Shown: positions 48,440 through 57,678 of the stretch, one piece after another
Layout of the letters: each line of letters begins with the position of its first letter
Numbering within the stretch: position 1 is the stretch's first letter
DNA from: a virus
Direction: 5' to 3' (one strand)
Length of the DNA: 64,000 nucleotides
Virus record (IMG/VR): IMGVR_UViG_3300009094_001034
Span: 1 to 64,000 of that record
The notes under the pieces: generated by a model
What the model saw: only the letters and a program-made list of their open reading frames with translations
Database searches by the model: none
Told to the model about the DNA's origin: nothing
Program-made: the position numbers and the translations under genes

Positions 48440-49114
48440 TTATGAAGGTGCGCGACGCTTCTTCTTCGTGTTCGTCTTCTTCACTTCACGAGTAGGTGCG
48501 TGCGCCGTCAACACCTTCACCGTATGTGTCACCTGGATCTCGGTGATGAGCGACGGGATGCCGATGTGCGTAGCGAGGCCGTGGCGGATCGCGTCGTGCG
48601 CATCGAGGTACAGGTCGGCGTGCTTGTTCTTGTCCACGAGCTCTTCAAAGTAATCCTTGGGCTTCCCACACTGCACCGCCATGCGCTCGAAGACGAGTTC
48701 CTGCAGACGTTCCGTCTCCTTCACATCCGCCTTTAGGTCTTCGTTCTTCCCGCCGATAAAGGACGACACCTCATGCACCATGAGCGTCCCTGACGGCGCG
48801 ATGTAGCGCTGTTGCCCCCCCGTAAAGAGGATGGCGCCGCAACTCATCGCCTTGCTCTCAACCACGGTGACAACTGGGACCGAGGCCGCGTCGATTATGG
48901 CGAGCATCCCAAGCAACGCGTAGGCGTCACCTCCGAAGGAGTCGACCACGATAGGAATGACTGGCTGGCCTGTCTCATGGGCGCGCGCCATGTCCTCGCT
49001 GAACTTGCCGAGACCGTCCTCATCGAACTCTGTCACCGTCACGACCACGGGTCGCAGGATGTGCTTCTCAATCAGCGGACCAACGCCGGGACCGAGCTTC
49101 AGATGCGCGTTCAT
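48440..49114 (-). CDS. ClpP-family protease
   Basis: DSFGGD, AMSCG (Ser), MVHEVS (His), DLYL.A.DA...GL. Confidence 0.88.
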   Translation of the reverse strand: MNAHLKLGPGVGPLIEKHILRPVVVTVTEFDEDGLGKFSEDMARAHETGQPVIPIVVDSFGGDAYALLGMLAIIDAASVPVVTVVESKAMSCGAILFTGGQQRYIAPSGTLMVHEVSSFIGGKNEDLKADVKETERLQELVFERMAVQCGKPKDYFEELVDKNKHADLYLDAHDAIRHGLATHIGIPSLITEIQVTHTVKVLTAHAPTREVKKTNTKKKRRAPS

Positions 49115-49404
49115 TTCGTGGGCTTGGGTGATGCCTTCGCGATCTCTTCCAGGAGCGATTTTGTGCGCTGCGGCGATCCACCGATCACCTGCGCTACGTT
49201 CACAAAGACACTCGACAACAGCGCGTCCACGAAGCGCTTGTAGTTCTCCTCACGGACAAGCGACTGGCGATGCTCGCGCGTCATCGTCCCGGCTCGGGCA
49301 TCAACGGCGCTCAGGATCGACGAAAGGGCTCGGAGCGTGGCGATATCGCGGCGGCGCTTGAACATGAGGAATGGTGGTGAATGCAGTTGGAACGTGCTGG
49401 CCAT
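49111..49404 (-). CDS. Hypothetical protein
   Basis: Coupled to ClpP. Confidence 0.5.
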   Translation of the reverse strand: MASTFQLHSPPFLMFKRRRDIATLRALSSILSAVDARAGTMTREHRQSLVREENYKRFVDALLSSVFVNVAQVIGGSPQRTKSLLEEIAKASPKPTK

Positions 49405-49416
49405 TGAACGGAGGCG

Positions 49417-50223
49417 TCAAGCCGCCTGTTCGTAGCTCTCGACGTCGAGCCAGCAGCGGCAATTCGGTTCTGAAAGCGCGGCGTGCGCTTCGGAGATCGG
49501 GCGCACGTCGACGTCGTCTGCGAGCACGTCTTCCGCGAACTCCTCGCCTTCCAGATCGGCGTGCTCATCGCGCACCCTGTCATCGCCCTGCGTGTGGTAC
49601 GAGAAGACCGTCACGACCCCCGCTTCCTTCCGAAGCCGATAGGCCGTCTCCTCGGCGACGAGCCCATTCAGTCGCGTGAGTTCGGATTGCACGAGCCGTT
49701 TGGCTGCGTACGAAGGTCCCGCGCTGCCATCCACGGCACCGACGTAGTAGCGCTCGATCGCCGCGGCGATCTTGTCGACTTTCTCGCCTTTGCGGAGGCC
49801 CTGCAAAAGACGAATGCGTGCGGCCGAGCGCTGCGCTCCGCCGAGGAGCGTGATGCGGTCGCCGACGTTCTTTCCGGCGACGATCGCGCGTGATGCCTGC
49901 TTCGTCGCACGCTCTACGGCGGCCTTGCTGAAGAGCGGCCGGCCGGAGCGAGTCTGGTGATACCGCATCGTGATCGAGGCGATGTCGCGCGAGCCAGCAG
50001 TCATCGTCCGGGCGAGGCCGGAGCGCTGCATCGCCAGCGAGCCATCCACCACGCGCATGGCGGTCGTCAGGTCGCGGATCGACTTCGGATCCAGTTCTAC
50101 GAGCGCATCGACGATCTGCTTCGATGAGGCGGAGACGGTGCGAACCGCGGCCTTCTCGTGCGTCGTGTAGGCGCGCAGGAGCTGCAGGCGGTAGCGCGCC
50201 GCAGTCGGGGTGAGGCTCGCCAT
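49417..50223 (-). CDS. Minor head protein (MuF/SPP1 gp7-like)
   Basis: RLVQSE, DDRVRDEH, PNCRC. Confidence 0.85.
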   Translation of the reverse strand: MASLTPTAARYRLQLLRAYTTHEKAAVRTVSASSKQIVDALVELDPKSIRDLTTAMRVVDGSLAMQRSGLARTMTAGSRDIASITMRYHQTRSGRPLFSKAAVERATKQASRAIVAGKNVGDRITLLGGAQRSAARIRLLQGLRKGEKVDKIAAAIERYYVGAVDGSAGPSYAAKRLVQSELTRLNGLVAEETAYRLRKEAGVVTVFSYHTQGDDRVRDEHADLEGEEFAEDVLADDVDVRPISEAHAALSEPNCRCWLDVESYEQAA

Positions 50224-50229
50224 GCGGCG

Positions 50230-51714
50230 TTAGGGTGTTGCGTCTGCGTTCGCCGCGACTCCCGCCTGCTCTTCCGCAAGACGCTTCTCCACTTCCATCG
50301 CGAGCGCGTCTTCGGATGGCGCGGCGTCGATCTCCTCCTCGATCGTATTCTTCGTCGCGTCGTCCAACTTCGGGAAGGCTTCTTCGACGACGCGCTTCTT
50401 CACGAGACGGTTTGCCGTGGGCGAGACATTCACCTGCAGGAGCGCCATGGCCTCGTCGAGCATGTCGGCGAGCGTGGCGACGTTGAAGTCGGTCGGGTAG
50501 GAAACGGTCACGGGGAGATCTTCGTCAGACTTCCCCTGCCACTTATAGAAGAGGCGGATGATCTTCTTCTCGCCGTCCTCAAGGTTCTTCGCGATCTTCG
50601 CGAACGTGCTGTTCGACTCATGGAACTCGTACGCGCGAGCGACGCCGGAGGCCTCGCCGCTGTTCTGCTTGCGGTCCTGCAGCTTCGCGAGTTCGATGAA
50701 CTCCCGCTTTGCGTCCTCGATCCGCTTCATGAGGACTTCGGCTGGATCGGACGGGGGCGTGATGTAGGACGGCGGGTTCGTGCCGGCCGGGTAGCGGATG
50801 CCCTTGCTGGTGCCGAGCGTCGTCGCGACGCGGGTGGCCGAATCGGGCTTGCCCGGAACACCACTCTTCTCACCCACCGGGATTGCGAGGATGTTGAAGC
50901 CTTGGCGGTAGAGCGCCTCGTCGAGCACCGAGTGGTAGTTGTAGATGGCCTGGGCGAGTGGTGCCGTGTCCGAGATGACCGCCTGTCCGACGTCCATATG
51001 GCGCAGGTGTTCCTGGATCGGGGTGAAGACTGCGGGGACTTCTTTCAGGTCGTGCTTCCCGGCGTCGAGTTCGCGGCCCTCTGCGTCGTGGACGTACCAC
51101 TCGTCGCGCGTCCAGGTGCGATAGATCGACGACGCCTCTTTCCGCTCGCCGTCCCACGTCGACTCATCCGGCGCGTCTTCTTCGACGCGAAGCCATCGAT
51201 AGTTGCCATCGCCGTCGATCGCCCAGTCCTTCACTTCAAGCGGCGTGTAGACGCAGACGTACGGACGGATGCCGAGTTCCTTGTCATCGCGGCGAGTCTT
51301 CGAGTTCGTCGACTGTCGCGGCAGGTCGACGATGGAGACGGTGTGTCCCATCACCATCCCGAACTTGCCCACCTGATCCGACATCACCTGTGACAGGGGC
51401 GTTCCTTTCCGGTCGGCGTTCTTTTCGAAGTCGAGGAACTCCGGGTCCTTCGAGATACGCGCGATCTCGTCTTTGAAGATGAAGGCGGCGTAGATATCGA
51501 CCTGCTTCTTCACGAGGTTCAGATACGTCGCGCGGCGCAGACGCTCGGTGTAGTCGTCATCCGTTTCGCGCGGGTGACGGAACAGGTAGTCCTCTTTGCC
51601 GGCGAATGCCGAGCCGCCTTCGTAAGAGTCGGCGTAGAACTCCCAGTCGGACTCGAACTTCGCGTACGTGGGGTGCGTCAGCTTCAGGCGATCGGCGAGG
51701 CTCGTCTCGGGCAT
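50230..51714 (-). CDS. Portal protein
   Basis: HP.Y, YEGG, RE...Y..RL.RA.Y.N, SGVA; follows terminase. Confidence 0.85.
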   Translation of the reverse strand: MPETSLADRLKLTHPTYAKFESDWEFYADSYEGGSAFAGKEDYLFRHPRETDDDYTERLRRATYLNLVKKQVDIYAAFIFKDEIARISKDPEFLDFEKNADRKGTPLSQVMSDQVGKFGMVMGHTVSIVDLPRQSTNSKTRRDDKELGIRPYVCVYTPLEVKDWAIDGDGNYRWLRVEEDAPDESTWDGERKEASSIYRTWTRDEWYVHDAEGRELDAGKHDLKEVPAVFTPIQEHLRHMDVGQAVISDTAPLAQAIYNYHSVLDEALYRQGFNILAIPVGEKSGVPGKPDSATRVATTLGTSKGIRYPAGTNPPSYITPPSDPAEVLMKRIEDAKREFIELAKLQDRKQNSGEASGVARAYEFHESNSTFAKIAKNLEDGEKKIIRLFYKWQGKSDEDLPVTVSYPTDFNVATLADMLDEAMALLQVNVSPTANRLVKKRVVEEAFPKLDDATKNTIEEEIDAAPSEDALAMEVEKRLAEEQAGVAANADATP

Positions 51715-51771
51715 GCAGTGTCGGGGAAGTCAAACAAACCGTAGAGGCGCGATGGGCGCGCCGACAAGCCG

Positions 51772-53310
51772 CTATCCGTTGAAGGAGAACGTTTCCATTT
51801 CTTGAACCTGCATCGTGTCTTCGATCACTTCGAGCAAGTAAGCCACGGCATCCGGCACGTCGTCGTGCTTCGCGAGAGGGAACTGCGTGAGCTCGTCGAC
51901 CGCCGCGGTCGACACGGTGTCGCAGATGCGAACGCGCCACTGCTCGAATTGCGGCTGCCAGCGGATCATCCGGCGCACCTTGTCCTTGTCCGGCCGGACG
52001 CCCACGGTGGGGACGTACGATGCGCCGCGCGCAGAAGCGTCGTCCACCATCTGCTTCAGCGCTTCTTGGTACGCGACGACCTCGATCCCTACGCGCGTGT
52101 AGTCCCACTTCTGGTGCTGCTCGAGCAGCAGGCGTACTTGCTGCGGCGCGAGGATGTGTTCGCGGATGACGTCCCAGATATAGATGGTGCCGTCTTCGGC
52201 CCAGCCGCCGGTGGCGAGGACGAAGTAGTCGGCGCCGTCCTTCTGCGAAATCGCGACGTCCGCCGCACCGAAACGAACGAGGTCTTCGAGCTTGATGGAG
52301 GCATCGCCATCCAGGATGAGGTTCGAGTCGCGAATGAACTTCGGCCGCTTGCGGTCCGCGCTCTCCACCCAGCTTCGCTTGATGACCGTGGAGCCTTCGG
52401 GGATGGGGTCGTTCTGGTATTCAGTCTGGAAGGCGAAGGACCCGATGGCCTTCTTCACCTTCATGAGCGCGACGTACGGGAAGCGGTCCGGCCAGAGCGT
52501 GGCCGTTCCCTCGTCCATCGCTGCGCGGTGCTTCGCGTAGAAGGCGTCGGCCGCCTCCTCGCCGCCTTGCGTCCAGGCGGCGTCCCACTGCTCCCAGAGG
52601 TCCGGGCGGTTCGGTTCCGAGAGGATCGCTTGGCGGTAGAAGACCCGGTACGCGCCCGTCTTCTTCTTCCGGAGGATCAGCGCGTCCTGGTGAAGCGTGG
52701 TGCCCACCATGAGGAGGCGCGAGTGCGCCGGGTCGCGCATCGGGATGACCGAGGCGTTGAACCATCGCTCGACCTTCTGGCGCTGGTGTTCGGTCTGAAC
52801 GGAGTCGTCATCCTCGACGTCATCGGTGATGACGAGTTGCGGACGCCACTGCTTGAAGCGCCAGCCGCGCGTCGAAGATCCGCGGCCGGCGGACCGGATA
52901 CAGACGTCGGTCGTGGTGATCAGCTTCTTCTCAGTCGTGTTCTTGAGGATGTCGCCGAAGACGGCGCGCAAGCGCTCGTTCTTCTCCATCTCCTCGTTGA
53001 TCGAGAAGAGGAGCGTCTTTGCCTGGTCGCCGGTCTCTGAGAACAGAACGATGAAGTGGTACTTCTGGAAGTAGACGCACCAGAGGACGTAGGCGAGCGA
53101 GATGACGGTGGACTTCGCGTGGCCTCGCGGAAGGATGAAGATGCCGTCTTCGGTGTGCTCGGTGAGTTCCGCAATCAGTTCCCGGTGGAAGTCGGGAATC
53201 TGCGCAGGGAAGTACGCGGCGAGGAAGTACTTGCAGAAGAACGCGAAGTTCCGCTCTGCCTTCCTCCGCGCCGCAGCGATGACGACCCGAGACTGCGGGG
53301 CAGTGGACGT
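51772..53310 (-). CDS. terL: Terminase large subunit (non-canonical start, see findings)
   Basis: Frame open from 53340; Walker A PRGHAKST upstream of first ATG; TDDVED, VGT, EYQNDP, HDDVPDA. Confidence 0.9.
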   Translation of the reverse strand, partial: TSTAPQSRVVIAAARRKAERNFAFFCKYFLAAYFPAQIPDFHRELIAELTEHTEDGIFILPRGHAKSTVISLAYVLWCVYFQKYHFIVLFSETGDQAKTLLFSINEEMEKNERLRAVFGDILKNTTEKKLITTTDVCIRSAGRGSSTRGWRFKQWRPQLVITDDVEDDDSVQTEHQRQKVERWFNASVIPMRDPAHSRLLMVGTTLHQDALILRKKKTGAYRVFYRQAILSEPNRPDLWEQWDAAWTQGGEEAADAFYAKHRAAMDEGTATLWPDRFPYVALMKVKKAIGSFAFQTEYQNDPIPEGSTVIKRSWVESADRKRPKFIRDSNLILDGDASIKLEDLVRFGAADVAISQKDGADYFVLATGGWAEDGTIYIWDVIREHILAPQQVRLLLEQHQKWDYTRVGIEVVAYQEALKQMVDDASARGASYVPTVGVRPDKDKVRRMIRWQPQFEQWRVRICDTVSTAAVDELTQFPLAKHDDVPDAVAYLLEVIEDTMQVQEMETFSFNG

Positions 53311-53345
53311 GGGGTGGGGTGGTGAATGCTCCTTCGAGCGTCACG

Positions 53346-53744
53346 TCAGGGCGCGGCGGTGGTCAACGTCCCGATGGTGTTCTGGTCGACGTCATGGAGG
53401 ATCTCGCCCAAGATCAGCTTCAACACACCGCGCTCCTGGCGCATGAGGATCTCCAGGTTCGTGAGCATCTGATCCGAGAGCGGGTGGGCGTCGATGATCA
53501 GGTCCTTCTCGGCCATCGTGAAGAGCCGGGAAGAGACGAGGCGGCGGTAGAACGCTTGGTCCTCCCACGGGAAGTGCTCGGTTCCATGGAGGAGTTCCAG
53601 TTCCTCTTGCCAGTCATCGCCACTGAACTCCGCGGTGAGAGCACGGTGCACTGCGAGATGGCCGCCTTCTCGGAAGGCGTCGTAGGCGAGGGTCTTCAGT
53701 TCGTCATGGCGATGCTCGGAGAGGAGATCGAGGGCACGAGGCAC
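53346..53744 (-). CDS. Hypothetical protein upstream of terL (possible small subunit)
   Basis: Position only. Confidence 0.5.
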   Translation of the reverse strand: MPRALDLLSEHRHDELKTLAYDAFREGGHLAVHRALTAEFSGDDWQEELELLHGTEHFPWEDQAFYRRLVSSRLFTMAEKDLIIDAHPLSDQMLTNLEILMRQERGVLKLILGEILHDVDQNTIGTLTTAAP

Positions 53745-53771
53745 GACGAGTGGTGGTAGGTCTTCCTCAGA

Positions 53772-53945
53772 CTATGCCGGCCGGGACCTCGCTTCAAGCC
53801 GCTCGCGGAGCCTGGCCGCTGCGTCCTTCGCCTTTCGCTCCGCGATCTCCGCGGTCAGCGCCCGCTCGTCGATCTCTGGGTGGCCGGCAACGTAGCCATG
53901 CCAGATGCCGCCGATCTTCCGCACCGTGATCTTCACGTCGTCCAT
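53772..53945 (-). CDS. Small hypothetical protein, probably leaderless
   Basis: MDDVKITV; TACGAT -10 box just upstream of ATG. Confidence 0.55.
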   Translation of the reverse strand: MDDVKITVRKIGGIWHGYVAGHPEIDERALTAEIAERKAKDAAARLRERLEARSRPA

Positions 53946-54050
53946 GCAGGCATCGTACGGAGACCGCGGTGCAGCGCGAAACAAACGCCGCAACCACTCT
54001 CTGTGGGGACAGTCGGCAATCCACGGCGTGAAGACTCCTGAGAAAAGTTG

Positions 54051-54080
54051 TTGCGCCCGCTAATCGTGCTTTGGTATAAC
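54051..54080 (+). promoter_or_regulatory. Putative promoter of the defence-like operon
   Basis: TTGCGC-18 bp-TATAAC with extended -10 TG. Confidence 0.5.
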
Positions 54081-54355
54081 CCCTCTTGCGCAGTTGCGCC
54101 TTTCTCCACGGGGCTTCAATAGCAGGTCCCAAAAGCGAGACGGGAACGATGAGCGAAACGAAAAGCACAGCTACACCCTCGTTGCTGCCGACCACTGTTC
54201 TGCGGGTCGGCTCTTTTTGTTTCTGCTCCCATGCCGACGAAGCGCGCCCTCCTCCTCGCCCATCTCAACTGCGTGACGACTCCGTTCGAACGACAACATG
54301 AAACCTAACCGGACTCCAACAGCGAGGACGGCAACAGAAAATTAGGAGAGACCCA

Positions 54356-56152
54356 ATGGCGAAGAAGAACGGCTCTACCTTCACGAGTGAAGACCTTCAG
54401 AGTCAGGACACCTACGTGGAGAAGTTGGAGCAACAGCATTTCTCGTATCCCCTCATCGCGGCCGAGTCGTTCGTCCGCGGCATGCGCGAGTCCGGCTACA
54501 AGTCGACCGCGACGGCACTGAACGAGTTGATCGACAACGCCATCCAGGCACAGGCCCGGAACGTCGACGTGATCCTCGGCTACAACGCCGGCAACAAGAC
54601 GAAGAAGAAGCCCGACATGCTGGCCGTCGTAGATGACGGCCACGGAATGCGGGAGAAGATGATCAAGGCCTCCGTCATGTGGGGCGGCACGCACCGCGAG
54701 AACGACCGTCACGGCTTCGGCCGGTTCGGGTTCGGACTCCCGAGCGCGTCCGTCTCGATCGCGCGCCGCTTTTCGGTGTACTCGAAGGCCCCTGGCGACA
54801 AGTGGTTCGTCATCGTCATCGACCTGGACGAAATCGCGTTGGGCCGCGCGACCGACGAGAAGGGCGTGGTGAAGGTGCCGGAAGCGGTACTGGCGGAACT
54901 GCCCGAGTTCGTGAAGCCCTACGCCTCCGGCCTGGAGCACGGGACCGTCATCCTGCTGGAGAAGTTGGACCGGCTGTCGAACGGATTCGTGACGTCGCAG
55001 GCATTCAAGCAGAACGAACTGCACCAGGTCGGCGTGACGTATCGCGAGATCCTGCGCGACGTGCAGGTCCGCGTCATCGACATCGGCGAGGAATTGGACA
55101 TCACGGCCGTCGAGCCGATCGATCCGTTGTTCCTCCGCCCGGACGCGCGGTACTACGACGAGACCGACGTCCACGCCGAGCCCCTGCCAGACTTGGCGTT
55201 CGAGGTGAAGCCGTCCGAGGAGTCGCCGTACGGCGGCGTCGTGCGTGTGCGGTACGCCTACATGCCCCCGGGGTTCCTGCCGGATGAGTCGAAGCGTTCC
55301 AGCCCCCGCCTCAAGGTCCGCAAGGAGAACACGGGCCTCATCATCATGCGCGCCGGCCGCCAGATCGACGTCGTGACGAACGGTCCGAAGTTCAGCGTCG
55401 ACTCCAACGACCGTCATTGGGCGTGCGAGGTGATCTTCGAGCCCACGCTGGACGAAGACTTCAGCGTGACCACGAACAAGCAGCAGATCGTGATCAAGGA
55501 CCGGATCTGGGAGGCGCTGCGGCAGAACGGCGTGTTCGACGCCATCCGCCAGATGCGCAATCGGTACGGGAAGGATCATGGCTACACCAAGGGGAAGAAG
55601 GCCGAGTCCGAGCCGAAGGTGTCCGAGGAGATCGCGACCGAGGCCGCCAAGTTCTTCGGCCGGAAGCCGACGAAGCCGAGCGTCGCGAAGGAGAAGAAGC
55701 TGAAAGAGGCGCTCGACCGCGAGGCGGTGAAGGTCGCCGAGCAGAAGGGCACGAGCCCGGAGGAAGCGAAGAAGGTGATCGAGGCCGAGACGGCTGAGAA
55801 ACCCTACAAGCTCTTCTTCGAGTCCGGCCGCGGAGAGTTCTACCGCGTCGAGCAGTTGGGCGGCCAGAAGCAGCTCTACATCAACACGTCCCACCGCTTC
55901 TACTCCGACGTCTACAACAACCCGCTGACGACGAACCGCATGCGCACCGCGCTGGAGTTGCTGCTGTTCACGATGGGCGCCTGTGAGCTCGAGTCTGAAG
56001 GCGACCGGGAGATGTTCTACACGAATGAGCGCGTCGAGTGGACGCGGCGGCTCGACACGTATCTGCAGTTGCTGGATCGTCGCGATCCGGTCGCCGATGC
56101 CCGAGCGGCCGAAACCACGCGCGCCGAGGCCGAAGACGAGTCGGCGGCGTAG
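54356..56152 (+). CDS. MORC-type GHKL ATPase (HATPase_c_3), paralog 1
   Basis: GY...ELIDNA, DDGHGM, GRFGFGL, GTVI; AGGAG SD. Confidence 0.88.
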   Translation: MAKKNGSTFTSEDLQSQDTYVEKLEQQHFSYPLIAAESFVRGMRESGYKSTATALNELIDNAIQAQARNVDVILGYNAGNKTKKKPDMLAVVDDGHGMREKMIKASVMWGGTHRENDRHGFGRFGFGLPSASVSIARRFSVYSKAPGDKWFVIVIDLDEIALGRATDEKGVVKVPEAVLAELPEFVKPYASGLEHGTVILLEKLDRLSNGFVTSQAFKQNELHQVGVTYREILRDVQVRVIDIGEELDITAVEPIDPLFLRPDARYYDETDVHAEPLPDLAFEVKPSEESPYGGVVRVRYAYMPPGFLPDESKRSSPRLKVRKENTGLIIMRAGRQIDVVTNGPKFSVDSNDRHWACEVIFEPTLDEDFSVTTNKQQIVIKDRIWEALRQNGVFDAIRQMRNRYGKDHGYTKGKKAESEPKVSEEIATEAAKFFGRKPTKPSVAKEKKLKEALDREAVKVAEQKGTSPEEAKKVIEAETAEKPYKLFFESGRGEFYRVEQLGGQKQLYINTSHRFYSDVYNNPLTTNRMRTALELLLFTMGACELESEGDREMFYTNERVEWTRRLDTYLQLLDRRDPVADARAAETTRAEAEDESAA

Positions 56153-56165
56153 CCGACAGGGACCA

Positions 56166-56200
56166 ACGGAAGGCCCGGGTTCTCCCCGGGCCTTTTCGTT
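56166..56200 (+). terminator. Internal hairpin/terminator between the two ATPase genes
   Basis: GGAAGGCCCGGG-TTCTC-CCCGGGCCTTTT. Confidence 0.6.
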
Positions 56201-56214
56201 CATGAGGAGAACGA

Positions 56215-57678
56215 TTGAAGAATGGAGAGATCATCGCGCTGGCGACCTTCATCGACGCCATCCGTGACGCCGGGTACCGGGGCACGCCCGCAGCGATCGC
56301 CGAGTTGGTGGACAACGCCATGGAGGCCGGAGCGACGAACATCACCATCGAACTCTGGACGACGGACGACGGAACGTCGGTGTACGTAGCCGATAACGGC
56401 TGCGGCATGCCGCCCGAGACGATCCGCCTCGCCCTGCAGTTCGGCGGCAGCACCCGCTTCGATTCCCGCGCGGGGCTCGGGCGGTACGGTATGGGGCTCC
56501 CAGGAAGTTCGATCAGTCAGGCATTGCGTGTCGACGTGTATTCGTGGACGACGCGCGGTGCGGCCTGGTGGACCTTTCTGGATGTCCCGATGATCCGCGG
56601 CGGCGCCCTCGTAGCCGTGCCGAAACCGCGGCGTGCCACGCCACCCGTGGGACCGCGAGAGACGACGAGCGGCACCATCGTCCAGTGGACACACTGCGAT
56701 CGCATCCCGAGCATCACCCCACGCCTCCTGCGGGAGATCCACGAGACCATCGGCCGGCTGTTTCGGACGTTCCTGTGGGCCGGAGCCACGATCACCGTGA
56801 ACGGCGTCGAGGTGCAGCCCGTTGATCCGCTTTTCCTGCGGCCGTCAGCGGCGCCGGTCGGAGCACGCCAGTACGGCCCGGAGTTGATCTTCCCCATCAC
56901 CCTCCGAGACGGGAACAGGAAGCGCCACGCCACCGTGACGGCGCAGTTCGTCGAACTGCCGATCGCGGAGTGGGAAGGGCTTTCGAATGCGGAGAAACGG
57001 AAGTATCGGATCTCCAAGTCTCCCGGCATCTCCATCCTCCGCGCCGACCGGGAGATCGACACCGGCTGGTTCTTCATGGGATCGAAGCGGAAGGAGAACT
57101 ACGACGATTGGTGGCGTGCGGAAGTGCGGTTCAGCCCCGAGCTCGACACGTTCTTCGGCGTGACGCACACGAAGCAAGGGATCCATCCGACCGCCGAGAT
57201 CGAGGCCATCTTGTCGCCGCAGATGGAGCGGATCGCACATGACCTGAACGCCCGCGTCCGGAAGACGTTTCTCCGCGTTCGGGCGACGGAGCCGAATACC
57301 CGCGCGATCGACTACGCCTCTGCTCGGGACCACCGGTTGGAGCCGCCGAAGCGTGCGGTTCGCCGCGGCGCAATGAAGGCGAAAACACGAGGATTGACCT
57401 ACTCCATCGAACACGCGAAACTCCCCGGCCCGCGGTTCTTCGCCGTGCGGATCTCAGACGGCCGGGTCAGAATCATCCTCAACGAGGATCACCCGTTCTA
57501 CACGGTCGTTTACGGGGACAATCGGAAGCGCGATGCGACACAGGATCGTCTCGCGCAGTTGGAAATGATGCTCCTTGCAGCAGCGCGCGCGGAAGTCCAG
57601 TGTGTGCGAAAAGAGAAGGTGGAGGCGAGGGCGTTTCTCCAACAGTGGAGCGATGCTCTCCGGACGTTTTTGACCTAG
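56215..57678 (+). CDS. MORC-type GHKL ATPase (HATPase_c_3), paralog 2
   Basis: GY...ELVDNA, DNGCGM, GRYGMGL, GTIV; TTG start with GAGGAG SD. Confidence 0.88.
   Translation: MKNGEIIALATFIDAIRDAGYRGTPAAIAELVDNAMEAGATNITIELWTTDDGTSVYVADNGCGMPPETIRLALQFGGSTRFDSRAGLGRYGMGLPGSSISQALRVDVYSWTTRGAAWWTFLDVPMIRGGALVAVPKPRRATPPVGPRETTSGTIVQWTHCDRIPSITPRLLREIHETIGRLFRTFLWAGATITVNGVEVQPVDPLFLRPSAAPVGARQYGPELIFPITLRDGNRKRHATVTAQFVELPIAEWEGLSNAEKRKYRISKSPGISILRADREIDTGWFFMGSKRKENYDDWWRAEVRFSPELDTFFGVTHTKQGIHPTAEIEAILSPQMERIAHDLNARVRKTFLRVRATEPNTRAIDYASARDHRLEPPKRAVRRGAMKAKTRGLTYSIEHAKLPGPRFFAVRISDGRVRIILNEDHPFYTVVYGDNRKRDATQDRLAQLEMMLLAAARAEVQCVRKEKVEARAFLQQWSDALRTFLT

Noticed and set aside
52931-53344. 137-aa ORF as a separate gene
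   Set aside because: Out-of-frame reading of the terminase N-terminal region
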